DNA of 64,000 nt from Fonticula alba ATCC 38817 (taxonomy: Eukaryota > Protista > Nucleariida): NCBI GenBank assembly GCA_000388065.2, contig KB932201.1, one strand, 5' to 3'. The translations under genes and the position numbers were made by a program. Below, one piece after another: positions 20,160 to 32,500 of this stretch (positions are counted from its first letter, which is position 1; every line of letters begins with the position of its first letter). The notes under the pieces are model-generated. The model had not been told where the DNA came from. It saw only the letters and a list, made by a program, of their open reading frames with translations, and searched no databases.

Positions 20160-22960
20160 CTATGTTCCCCCCTCGAAGAGGGGCTTCTCTTCCGAGGGCG
20201 GCTGGTCTGCCGGATCGGAAAGCGTATGGTCGGAGGATGGGATGGTGATGTCGGCTGGCTCGGTGGATGCTGCCCGCAGCATGTTCGGAGACCGGTAGTC
20301 CGGGCAATATTCCAGCAAACACCGCTTGACAATGGTCCAGTGGAGACCAAGCTCGCGGGCGATGCGCTTCACTGGCATCGGCGGATGACGCGCGGCCAAC
20401 TCCATCAGGGTCCGAAGCCGGGAGTCACTGAGAGCGGTGGGCGGGTTATACTCCGGGAAGTGCCTGCGAAGGTGTCCCCGTGTCGCGGTCACACTGAGAC
20501 CGATTTCGGTGGCGATTTGCGTCACCGAAAGGACCGGTCTATGTGCAACCAGCTCCCCCAGGCGGCTTTGGATGTTTGACAGGAGGGCTTCCTGGCGGGC
20601 AGCCTGATAGTCGGGAAACAGCCGCCGAAGGTGCGTGGCCACAGTTTGGGGATGGACGCCAAAGTGCCGGGCGATGGCGCGAAGACTGAGTCGCCGCCGG
20701 GCCATGTCCACCAGCTCGGCCTGCTCCTGGAGGGAGGAGAAGGCCCGTGTGCTTGATCCAGGGGTCGGCGTATTCCGAGAGGACAACCCTGCGGCGGGTG
20801 AGTGGCCAGGCGAGGATACGGCGACCGGAGGAATGTCCGAGGCCAGGGTGGCCAATGAAACGGGCTCAGCACCCGAATGCGAGCCCACAAGTGAGGCCGA
20901 GACACCGTCCATCGGCTCGCCATCGCTTGCCTGGTTGTCCAAGCTCGGGACTTCGAGGTTGTCCTGCTGGGAGCCCTCCGGGAGGGGAGGCGCCCTGTGG
21001 GGGCTTTCCATGGCCGAGGGCTGGTGCTTGGGCCGCGCATCGGCCAGCTGGTGGGACCGCGCTCCGGCAGGGGCCCGGGACAGGTGCCGCTGGAGGGTCT
21101 TTCGCACGAGGGATTCCGGCACGAGGAGCTCATTTGCGATGGCGGCCATGGAAAATCGGGAGTCCTTGGTGCCGGTTCGGGCCAAGGTCAAAATGCGGCT
21201 CTTGATGGTCGGCGTGGCGTCGGGCAATTCGACCCGCAAGTCCGGATGGCGTCGCCGCAATCTGGCCACAATCCACAAGACGGTCGATTCGGCCAGGCCA
21301 AAGCGCTCGGTCAAGTGCGACAGCCGGGCCGCGGGCGTGCTTTGGCAGAGGCGCAAAAAATCCCGCAACTGGGCAGCCGAGAGCCACCGAGCCACCATGC
21401 CGTCATACTCCGGAAAAAGGCGACGAACCTGCCTTCGGGCAAACGGAGCCGAGGTGCCGAGCTCCGCGGCGATGTAATTCAATGGCGGCAGGGGATTCTG
21501 CGCCAGCAGGGCCTCGAGACGTGCCTCCAGTTCGGGAGCAAGGGGACCGGCCTGGCGAGCTTTGGATTTGCCACGGGTGTTGGGGCTGGGCGTGTCCGAG
21601 CGAAGATGCGGCATATGGAGGGTAAGGTACTCGCGATACACGCCGGCCAGGCTGGCCAGCTCCAGTATGTTCAAGGTCGGGTTTTGGGCAGCCAGCTCGC
21701 CGATGCGCGCATTCACCCGCGCACAAGGACGAGTGCTACTCGGGTGGCGATGGTCCGGGCAGAGCCGGGCGATGGCCTTGCGAACGGCCTTCTGCTCGGC
21801 CCCCAGCGCCAGAGCCATCTCCGAAACGGAGAGGATGGGATCCCGTCGGGCGCACATGGCCACCAGGGCAGCCTCATCCGCCGGTGACAGGTGCGAGGCC
21901 TGCGGCGGGGTGAAGCCCGGGCACACGCGTGGCAGGTGCCGGAGGGCAGTCACGGCCGGGATGCCAGCACGCCGGGCCATGTCGACGACAGTGCGGCATG
22001 TTGGATCGGCAGCCGCCTGGCGAAGGGCCTCCTCTTGCGCCGGGGTTGGGATGAGGGTCCGTGCCGGGGTGAACCCCGGCACATGGAGTTGGATGTGCTT
22101 CTGGGCCACGGCCGCCGACATGCCAAGGGCATTGGAGATGTAATTCAGACTCGGGGGGAAGACCGGCTCGGCGGTCAGGCGCCGGAGCAGAGCCAGCTTC
22201 CCCGGGTCCAGGGGGCTCATTGTTGGGATGTCCTGTGTCCAGTATTCCGGAACCAGTCGCCGGAGGTGGCCGCGCGTCTGCTCGGTCGACAGGCCCACCT
22301 CGGCAGCGATGGCAGCCACCGGCAACGGGGGCCGCATCTGGGCCAGGTCCAGCAGGTGGGTCTCCTGTTCGAAGGAGAGCATGGCTGTTCGAGGCCGGAA
22401 ATCCGGGAAAAGGCAGGCCAAAATGTGGCGCACCTGGGCCAAAGTAAGGCCGACGCGCTGGCAAATGTAGCTCAATTGCGGGGGTGGGTCAAGTTGGACG
22501 AGCTCGGCCAGGGTGGCCTCTATCTCCGGGGTGAGGGCCCGAATGACCGGCGGAGAGTACTCCGGACACAGGCGCGCCAGGTGCCACAGAGCGACCGTCG
22601 GCGAGACGCCCACCTCACGAGCGATACCATGTAGATGCAGCACCGGGTCCGTTCGTCGGCCCAAATCCTGCAGGGTATCCTGCTGGAAGAGGGTCAAATC
22701 CGACCCAGGCGGGGCCTCATGGCTGGAAAGGGCAAAAAGAGCACCTTCCCCCGGGGCAGTGGCTGTAGTAGCAGCAGTGGCAGCAGTGGTCGTGGCCAAG
22801 CGTGGCCGCTGGATGGCGGAGGGATGTGTCAGACGTGCGGGCCGCCATTCTGGGGGGGGGGGGGGGGGGGGAGGGGCGGAGGCGCGCCAAGCACAGGAAT
22901 ACACACCTTCAGAGGGGCCGAGCTGGCCGAGTCAGGGTCGTCCGCCGGGGCCCGCCTCAT
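20160..22960 (-). CDS. Protein of about 13 tandem ~52-aa helix-turn-helix repeats; the repeats lie in one 2.65-kb exon (22808-20160), with a probable short 5' exon ending at 22907
   Basis: Repeat consensus L(S/T)xxQExxLxEL...PxL(S)xxxIAxELGxSxxxVxxHLxRLxP(E/D)Y. The ORF-track start at 22904 is a GTG lying inside a GTGTGT...CAG intron (22906-22809). In-frame ATGs occur upstream at 22960 and 23185, so the start is uncertain. Confidence 0.8.
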
Positions 22961-23390
22961 CTGGCAGCGGCGGCGGTGACGGCAGCAGCGGGTGACAGAG
23001 GGAACGCCAAGGGGAGAGGGAGAGACGAGGGGGATTTGCGTGATCGAGATGCTCCGGCGCAAGCGCACGGAGGCCGGGGAGGGAGAGGGGGGAGCGTGAC
23101 TCGCGGGATGGGGGCCGCGGCCTGGAGCTAACGCGGCGGCTGACAAAGGCCGCTCGAGGGCCCTGCCCGGTGGTGGCACAGCCATCTCCCCAAGATCCCC
23201 TTCTGCCAGCAAAAGCGTCCTACGCCAGCCGGCAGTACAGCGGGTGCGCGGGAGGACCACTGGATTGTTTCACCGAGAGCGGCGCTGTGAGGCCCCCCCC
23301 CCCCCCGCATGGAGTGGCGATCTCGCGGCCACCGGGCGATGCGCATTTTCCGTGGTGCTTGATATTGGATTGGAGTCCCTGGGCACCCAT

Positions 23391-23469
23391 GGTTGGATGG
23401 CCGAGTGGTTAAGGCGCCAGTTTAAGGCACTGGTGGGAAACCGCGTGGGTTCGAGTCCCACTCCAATCA
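23391..23469 (+). tRNA. tRNA-Leu(AAG), intronless, short variable arm
   Basis: Acceptor stem GGTTGGA/TCCAATC, D arm GCCGAGTGGTTAAGGC, anticodon stem CCAGT/ACTGG with loop TT-AAG-GC, variable arm TGG-GAAA-CCG, T arm GTGGG-TTCGAGT-CCCAC, followed by a T5 Pol III terminator. Confidence 0.95.
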
Positions 23470-24469
23470 AAGATTTCTTTTTCCCGCGATCGCCAGCCAG
23501 GCCGAGACGGGTCACCCGCGCCGCCGCCAGGGGGGGGGGGGCTCTTTTCGCGGAGTTCGTTTTTGCGAGTATTTTTCTTCCGCGCCCTGCGGCGGCCCGG
23601 GAGGCCGGGGCGCCGGGGGGGGGGGGGGGCACTCCGCTCCGTGGAGGAAGAATGCCCCTCGTCCCGCGGTCGGTCGCCCCATGCCAACAGACCGCCGGGC
23701 CGCATGTGGCCGAGATGACCCCCCTGGGTGGGGACGAGTCTCCGGGGGGGGGGGGGGGGGGGGGGGGGGCGGCAGGCCCACGCGCCAGGGTCCCCTTTTT
23801 TATTCGCAGCCCAGCTTGAGAGGGCCAGATGTGTAGTCTCTAGCATCCGGGCCCGGTGTAGTGGGGGTTGGCGGGCCGTTGTCCCGGCGGCCCACCTGCC
23901 AGCGGGAACCGTTGCGTTGATCCGCGATTCCCAGGCCCCGCCTCGGGCGGGCCAGGGCAGCGGGTGGCAGGGAGGGGGGGGGGGGGGGGGCACACGCGCG
24001 CACGCCCATGGTGCCCGATCCCGCGCGCCTGGGCCGGGACAGTTTCCATCGGGCCGATTGGTCGATCTGATCCCGGCGGCAGGTGCGCCTGCCGGCCGAT
24101 TGGGGGGGATTCCGGCCGGTCGGCCGGCCGGAACGGAGGGGGCTCCCACCTCTCGGTTTGCGCCTTTTCCCCGCTCTTTCTTGTCCCGCCTGTCCCGCCT
24201 TCCCCCACTCATTATCGCTCTCCATCTATGGCCTCCGGCCTGCTGCGTCCTCGCCTTCCCCCGAATATTCGCGCGCCGGCCCATGTCTGGTGGGCATCAG
24301 CTTGAAAGGGATCTGTACTCACCACCATGTGCCCTGGGCCTGGGAGCCAGACACTCCCTCCCTTGCTCACTTCTCCTCCGCTCTCTCTCCTTGTGTCTCC
24401 CCNNNNNNNNNNCCTCCCAGTCTCAAAACCTCCCTGCTTTTTTTTTGGCCTCCCTCCCCTTTGCAGACA

Positions 24470-27171
24470 ATGCAGCCGTCCCACGCGGCTCCCGGCGGTA
24501 ACCGACCTCGGCCACAGCAGCCCGTCAACCGGTTGGTGGTTTCCGCCCTGCAATTTCAGTCGTTCATGCTCCGGTCCACCTCGGGCCTCCCCGGCGAGAA
24601 AGAGGAGGTGGTCATTCGCCTCGCCAATCTCCCCAGTGCGTTTGGCCGAGCCCGGCGCCCTGTGATCACGGCCGTCACCCTTTCCCCGTTCGACCTCCCT
24701 CCTCTGGTTCCCCAACTTGCCATTTCTTCTGCACTGCACGAGCTGACCAAATGCTTCATCAGATTTCCTGTTCGAGGTCAACAGTCTCGCCATTGCCTAC
24801 TCGCGTGCTCTGTCCAAGCCGAAATCCATTCGCATTCTCGGTCCGCGCCATCTTGTGCTGCACATTCGTCTCCTCTTTCTCCCGCATTGTGCCCCCTCCC
24901 CCCCTCTCCCTCCCCTCCCCGGCAGCTCAGCCCCTCCTGAGCCTAACCACACTCTCCTCCCTCTCCTCCCTCGCCCCCCTCCCTCCTCTCCACTCCCTTT
25001 CCTTCTCTCGACCCAGGGCAACTACGCACTAGCTACCCAAACATCCTCAAGGGCGAGGTCATCACCCCACCCTTCTGGACCATCAACAGCAACACGCCGC
25101 CTCCTGGCCCTCCAGTCCCCACTCTCCTTCCGAGCCCTTGTTTATCTGAGATCTTGAAGCTGATTGCCTCGCTCAGTCCCCTGGAGGAGCTTCACATTTC
25201 CGGTTCGTCCGCCTTCCCGCCCGAAGACCACGCGCGGCATGTGGCTGATTCCCCCACCTTCCTCTCGCTTACCCACCCATCTCTCTCTCTCTCTCTCCTC
25301 CTCTCTCCTGTGTCTCCCCCTCTTCATCTCCCTCTCTTCTTGAACACCGCCGTGGCCGACCGACAGACGTGGACTTCGGGTCAGACGCTCAGTTGCACCA
25401 AGTTGCCACCATGTTCGGGGCAATTCCCAGCGCGAATAGCGGTATGCTGCCTTTTTTTCTTGACCCCTTTGCCTCATCCCAGCCCTCGCTTCCCGCGCCT
25501 GTCTTCTCTCTTCCCCGTGCGAGCACTTACCCTTCCTCTTTCCGCCTCCCCGCCTCAGTGTATTATGAAATGGCCCTCACCTTCTATCACAGGCTTCTTG
25601 CCAATCGCCAGCTTCGTAGCCTGGAGCTAGTCAGTAAGTTCTCGGACCTGAGCAGTCCATACACACACACACACACACACTTGCACAATACGCCCGTCTG
25701 CACACGATGCGCGTCTCCACACTTTCCCCCTTTTTTCCTTCCTCACCAACCTGTGCCATTGCCATCGCCACCACCTCAGGAGTGAATGTTGGCCGCTTTA
25801 CCACCCAAGCCATCGCCGAGGCCCTCCCCTCCAACAGCAGCATCAATGCGTTGACCCTTTACCGTGAGATCCCCCCCTCCTCTTGCGCCAGATTGCCGCC
25901 CACCTTTCACTCTTCATCTGACCTTTTCCCTTGGCTGTAGGCTGTGGCTGCGACGTCGACTCGCTCGGGCAAATCGTCAACACCCTGAAGACGCGCCCCG
26001 GTCCCTTCTCCCTAACCGTGTGCCTGGGTTCGTGCCGCCCACCATGCATTGTCCTGTCGTCGGCCGCCGAGATCGCCGCCATCATCCTGTCTGACACACT
26101 CTTCTCGCCGCCCCCCCCCCCCCCCCCCCNNNNNNNNNNNNNNNNNNNNNNNNNNNNNNNNNNNNNNNNNNNNNNNNNNNNNNNNNNNNNNNNNNNNNNN
26201 NNNNNNNNNNNNNNNNNNNNNNNNNNNNNNNNNNNNNNNNNNNNNNNNNNNNNNNNNNNNNNNNNNNNNNNNNNNNNNNNNNNNNNNNNNNNNNNNNNNN
26301 NNNNNNNNNNNNNNNNNNNNNNNNNNNNNNNNNNNNNNNNNNNNNNNNNNNNNNNNNNNNNNNNNNNNNCCCCCCCCCCCCCCCCCCCTTTCTCTCTCGG
26401 CCTCCTTTTGCCCTCCCCAGGAAATGCGCTCCTTCTGGCCAGCACAGCCGAGCACTTTGCCCAAGTTTTCTCCCAGCTCTCCGGTTTGGTTCATCTGTCA
26501 CTTTCAGGTATACCCCCCTGGATCCACCTCATTCCTGCATCTCCACTCAGCCTCTTGCATGGCAGTGACTGACTCGTGTGTCTTTCCCTCCCCCGTCACC
26601 CCTTTCCACGACAGATTGCAGCATGACCCAGGACTTTGCCAAGGTCATTGCCCCGTCCCTCGGCGGCCTCACCAGCCTCGAGTCTCTCAGTCTATCATGT
26701 GCGCCGGCCCTTTCCCGCCCGGCTGTCGCCCTACGCGTAAGCCCCCTCAACTGACGCCCCTCCCGTGTGCCGGGTTTCACGTGCAGATAATCCCTTGCTT
26801 TCGGCCGGGCTTGCCCTCTTCGTCCCCGCCCTCACAACTTTGCCAAAGCTCGAGAAGCTGCTGCTGCGAGGTGCGCCCATCCTCCCTGTGTCCCTTTCCT
26901 CCGGCTGTGCAATGTCCTCGTGCCGGTCTAACTGTCCTCCTTTTCTCCAGACTGCCATCTGGACTCCAGCTCCTGGCCCCTCATCACCCAGCTTGTGCAG
27001 GGTGTACCCTCACTTCGTTCGCTTGACATCAGCTGTGCGTCGTGTCCTTTCCCCCCTGCCGTTGCTGCCTTTGTCCGGCCTTTTTTCCCCTTCCCCCGTT
27101 GGTACCTCCTCACTCTTATCTAATCCCATGAAAACCCTCTCTCGCGTCTTTATCTGCTCCTCCCCCCCCCC

Positions 27172-27206
<35 letters not shown>

Positions 27207-28764
27207 CCGCCCGACAGTGAACAACTACCTCAACGAGACGGGCAATTCGGTTCCCACCTTCGGAAGCGCACTCCGTTCGCTTGCCATTTCAAGTACGCAT
27301 TCCTTTCCTCGGCCTTCCATTCGTGCCGCTTCGCTGACTTCCGTGCTCCCTCCCCCCGTCACCAATCAGATTTCACCACCACACCTGCCCTCATGGAGTC
27401 CATGGTCGACGAGCTGACCAAGATGACTAGCCTGGAGTCCCTGGAATGGCAAGGTGCGACCATTTTCCGGCCTTTCTCGCTCTGGCCTTCATGCTGACCC
27501 TCCCTCTCCCCCCCCCTCCCTGCTCTCCTTTCCTCCTCCGCCGACTGTCTTTTGCAACTTCACCAGGTTTCCAGTACTCGTCCAGTGTCATCCATCCCTC
27601 CGCGCAAGCCTCCGGTATGTTCCTTCTCTATGCCTGGCCCTGCTGCTTTCCTGCTACCACAGCACTGACTCTTCTCCCCCCGCGTCCTTTCTGTTTCTCC
27701 CTCCCTCCCTCCCTCCCTCCCTCCCCCCCCCCTCTCTCTCTCTCTGTCTGCGCCTCCCGTGCTCCCCCGGTATCCAGCCGTCAACCTCGCTGTTGGCCAG
27801 GTGATCAACTCCCTCGGACGCTTCTTTTTGTCGCACCAGACGCTGACCTCCCTCGATCTGAGTGGTACTTCCCTGCATGTCTCCTGCGCAGATGGCCCCT
27901 CTCTTCTTCACCGGCCAGCCTCCCTCGCCATTCCCTCATTGCGTGTCTGCTCCCCGGCCTAACATTTCCTCCTTATCAGGCACCCTTTTCGATCAGGAGT
28001 ATCCCGGCGAGACCTTCCTCGAGTCGCCAACTCTCCAAACAGTCCGCCTGTCAAAGTGCCACTTCTCGTCGTCCTTCTCCTTTGCCCTGGCCACTGGACT
28101 TGGGCGGTGTCCTGCCCTCGTGAGCCTGGACCTCAGTCGTATGTGGCACATGCCTCTTGCCGTCCCTTCCCCTGCATGGCCTTTCCGCTGGCCGGATATG
28201 GGCTTCTCCCTCGCCCACTCTCTCTCTCGCGCTCTCCCCCCCCCTCCTATACCCCCCTTCTCCCCCTGACACCTTTGCTCCTCCTCTTTCCGCCGCCCTG
28301 CCGGCCATGTAGACACTCCCCAAACGCATGGGACCCTGGGGCGCCTTGTGGCCGGGCTGAAGAACTCCACCGCCATCACACATCTGGATGTCAGCCAAAC
28401 GCACTTGAACGACTTTGCGGCCGGCGTCCTGCGCAACCTGCTGGAGGGCCACCGGACACTCCTGTCGCTGAATGTCAGCTTCAACACCCTCGGCCTGGCC
28501 GGCATGTCACACATCCTGACCGGACTATTGTCGAACAACGTCCTCCGGTCACTGCGGATGGAGGCGTGCACAGTGCCAAATGCCCCTGCCCCGGAGGGGA
28601 TTCTCCCTCTCCTGGGGAATCTCTTCCTGACCAACTCCTCCCTGCAGCTGCTGGACATGAGCCGGTCGCTGGAATTCGACGTGACACCGGTCTTGGACCA
28701 CCTTCGGCAGAACACCTCGCTGCTTTTCTTCTACCCAACTGCCCAGAGTGGCGGGGCCTTTTGA
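24470..28764 (+). CDS. Multi-exon RNI-like leucine-rich-repeat protein; exact exon structure and start uncertain, with gaps inside
   Basis: Successive small exons give LRR units: LSPLEELHIS, LRSLEL, LSGLVHLSLS, LTSLESLSLS, LPKLEKLLLR, MTSLESLEW, LTSLDLSG, LQTVRLSKC, LVSLDLS, ITHLDVSQTHLNDFAAGVL, LLSLNVSFNTLGLAG, LRSLRMEAC, LQLLDMSRS. Confidence 0.7.
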
Positions 28765-28947
28765 GTGCCTTTTCATGTGTATACTTCTTGCTGCTTTCTC
28801 AGTCCCCCCGCCCTGGGCTGCTGGTTCGGCCCTCGTCCTCTTCGTTCCCCCCCGCCCCACCTTCCCTCGCTTCAAATACAGCCACCTTGCTGTTCACCTG
28901 GCACCACGTCACCGGCCTCTTATTGTTTGCACCAACTCGATGGGCCA

Positions 28948-28982
<35 letters not shown>

Positions 28983-29545
28983 CGTGTGTGTGTGTGTGTG
29001 CGTGTGTGTGTGTGTGTGTATTTATATATATATATATATGTATGTGTGTGTATGTGTGCGTGGAAGGGGGAGAGAGAAGAAGGTGTACAGAACATTNNNN
29101 NNNNNNNNNNNNNNNNNNNNNNNNNNNNNNNNNNNNNNNNNNNNNNNNNNNNNNNNNNNNNNNNNNNNNNNNNNNNNNNNNNNNNNNNNNNNNNNNNNNN
29201 NNNNNNNNNNNNNNNNNNNNNNNNNNNNNNNNNNNNNNNNNNNNNNNNNNNNNNNNNNNNNNNNNNNNNNNNNNNNNNNNNNNNNNNNNNNNNNNNNNNN
29301 NNNNNNNNNNNTGTGTGTGTGTGTGTGTGTGTGTCGCGTGTGTCGCGTGGGGATGTGTGGGGATGTGTGAGTGTGCGCCAGGTTCGGAGAAGAAAAGAAA
29401 AAGAGGAAGAGGAAGAGAGGAAAAAGAGAAGGAGAGAGGAAACGAGACGCCAAAGAAGCAAGACAAGACGCGGAGGGAGACGAAAAAAAAGGAAGAAGAA
29501 AAAGAGACAAGAGCAATGGGCTGTAGGCGGCTGGCCAAGTCGCAC

Positions 29546-32500
29546 CTGCCACGGCTGCCCGGTGAACCGGGTCCAAGTGTGCGTCCACCTCGTCCAACAA
29601 GTAAAAGGGGGCCGGGTCAAAGCGCTGGATGGCAAAGATGAGCGATAGCGCCACCAAAGTCTTCTGGCCACCAGAGAGAGCCTGAATCGGCCGCAGATCG
29701 GCAAGGGGCTCCGATCCGCTCGGGCCAGTCGGCTCACCGAAGGCCACATGCACCGAGACGCCGGTCAATCGGCCAGAGGGCCCGGAAGACCGCTCCAGGC
29801 GCAGCTCTCCCCTTCCGGCGGACACCAGTTCGGCGAATACCTGGCCAAAATGCCCAGCCACACTGGTCAGTGTCCGCTCGATGGCCTCCTCGCGCGTTTG
29901 TTCCAGGAACTCCATCAGCCGGCCGATGGATGCGGCCGATTGGTCCAGCTGCTGCAAGCGGGCCTGGGCCTGCCGCAGGTTGTCGGCATACGCCCCATGT
30001 AGCTCGACCGCGTGGCGGTTTACATGGCGATAGTCCGCCAGCTGGGCATTGATGGCTTCCAGGGCCGCCATCAAGTCCGGTGTCGCCAGCTGGGCATCCA
30101 CGTTGGAGGGGCTTTCCGGTCGGCCGGATGCCGCGACAGCCTGATCAAGCTCACTCAGTTCAAGGTCCTCCAGTTGGTGCTCCAGCCAGGCAATGCGTTC
30201 GCGCAGGAGCTGTTGCGACTCCTGGGCCCGGTCGCGCTGGGACATGGCACGTTGCTCATCGCGGAACATCCTCCGGAAGGAGTTCTAGCCCGGGGGAGGG
30301 CACCGCGAACAAGTGTCGGACCATGTGAGAAGGGGTTCCCAAAGGGAGGACGGCCACGCGCAAGCGCAGCCAGTTGGAACGCATGCGAGATGAGTTGAAC
30401 AAGGGGAGACACAAAACATCAGACAGGGACGGGGCAGCTGGGCCGAGGGACACCAGGCATCGGAAAAGCAAACCACCAAACAAGCCCCGAGCGTACTTTG
30501 GAGTTCTGAATTTGCGCCTCCAGGGCTGTGGTTCGCCGGGCAGCCTCCGCTACAGCCCGCTCTTTCTCTGAGGGCAACAAGTCCCGAGTCCAATGGGGGG
30601 GGGAGCGGGGGCCGAGTGAGCGAGCAAGCGGACAGGCGACAGGGGGGAGGCGCGCATCGCTGGTCAGTGCACACAAAAGCAGGCCCCACGGGCCGAGGGG
30701 GAGGGGAAAAGGCCGATGGGGCGACAAAGCCAACCACAGGCACGGAGGCCGATCGAATCATGGCCACGCACCTCGGCGCTCCGCCTCGCAAGCAGCCAAC
30801 TCCTGGTTCGAGCGAGCCAGTTCGGCCTGCAGCCACGCGAGGCGATCAGCCTGGGGGTCGGCCGTGGAATCGCCCTCCGGTCCCCGGGCGGACAGGTGTT
30901 GCTCAATGGACTGGAGCTGGCGCTCCAGATTGGCCACATGCGATCCGAGGGCTGCCCCTTCGGAGCCCAAGGCCTGGGCCATTTGCTCGGCCCCGGCCAG
31001 GCGCTCTTGCAGGGACGCCTCTTCGGCTCGGAGAGCCATGCGCTGGGCCTCGGCGGCCGGCCCTCCGGCTCGACCAACATCCTCAAGCATGGTGTCCAAC
31101 TCGGCGAAGCGTTGTCGGGCCCGGTCTGCGGCTTGGGTCTGGCTGGCCAGCCGCGCGGCGAGGCCCTCAAGCTGGGCCAGCTCATCGTCCAAGGCCTCGC
31201 GCGCGGCACGGGCCTGGCGGACCTGCTCGGCCGCCGCACCGACGGCCAGCTGGGCGGCCGCCAACGGCCCGAGCTCCAGCCGGCGCACATCCTCATCGAG
31301 CGCGCGCAGTGCAGCGGCCGCGGCAGCACCGGCCACAGCGCGCACATGGTATGCCGCACGCGCACGGGCTGCCTGGTCCGAGGCCGGGAGCAGCGCCCGG
31401 CGGGCATTCCGGAAGCCTCCCGTCAGGGTCCCGGTCGGGGAGATGACATCTCCCTCCAGGGTGACGCAAGTGATGCCATACCGGTCGGCCGCCTGGGTGC
31501 CGGTGCGCACATCCGGACACAGGGCATACCCGGCGAAGAGCATGCGCAAGATGGGATGGAAGCGCGGCTGGACATACGGCCGGAGCTCCAACTCGAAAGA
31601 CCGGCAGCTGTCCGGGTAGGACCACTCTTCGTCCGGACCGGCGGCCGTGCTGCCGGCCACGGTCAATGGGGCGAAGGTCACGGCCCCCTGGCGCCCGGGG
31701 CCACTGCGCGACCAGTCGTGAAAGGCCTGAGCCACCGAGTCGTCAGCCACGACGACATAGTGCAGACGACCGCCGGCGGCCGCCTGAACTGCGGTGCTCA
31801 GTTCCTCCGGCACACCCTGCAGCAGGCCAAAGAAGGGCCCGAAGCAGCATCGCGCGGTTGCTGCTTCGGCTGCCCCGGCAATGGCCTCCACCACGGCCGA
31901 GGCACTCTCGCTGCCAAGCTGGGACATGTCCTCCATGGCGACCAGGCGCTCCGGCGGCACAAGCCACCAGCCGGGAGCCACCCCCTGGGCGAGACTCCAT
32001 TCGGCCAGACTGGCCAAGCCCCGCCGAGTGGGGCCGGGCAATGCCCGCTGCAGGTGGTGATCCGCCCGCAGGGCGTCAGCATACTGCCGAGCAAGGGCAT
32101 GCTGCTCGTCGCCCTGTCGGCGGCCGGCCTGCTGACGAGCGTCCGCCAGGTCCTTCCACTGGCGGGTGGCTTCGGCATGGGCCGCTGCGGCGGCGGTGGC
32201 CGCATCCTCGGCCGCGGTCACATTGGCATCCAGCCGACGAGCCGCGGCCGCCGGGTCAGCCGCCTCGCGCTGAGCAGACGCCACCCGGTCTTGCAAAGTC
32301 GCCAAATCGGCCTCCAACTGCCGGACAGCCTCGGCTGCCTGGCGACGCTGGTCGGCCACCCACTCGGCTCGGCCCGGGCCGTCCGCCGGCAGGGTGGCCA
32401 CCGCCTGCAAGGCGGCGAGCAGCGAGCGCGTTTGCCCGAGCGAGGCCGCCAAATCCCGGCGATCGTCCGCCAGCTGGTCCACGCGGCCGTGGAGTTCCTG

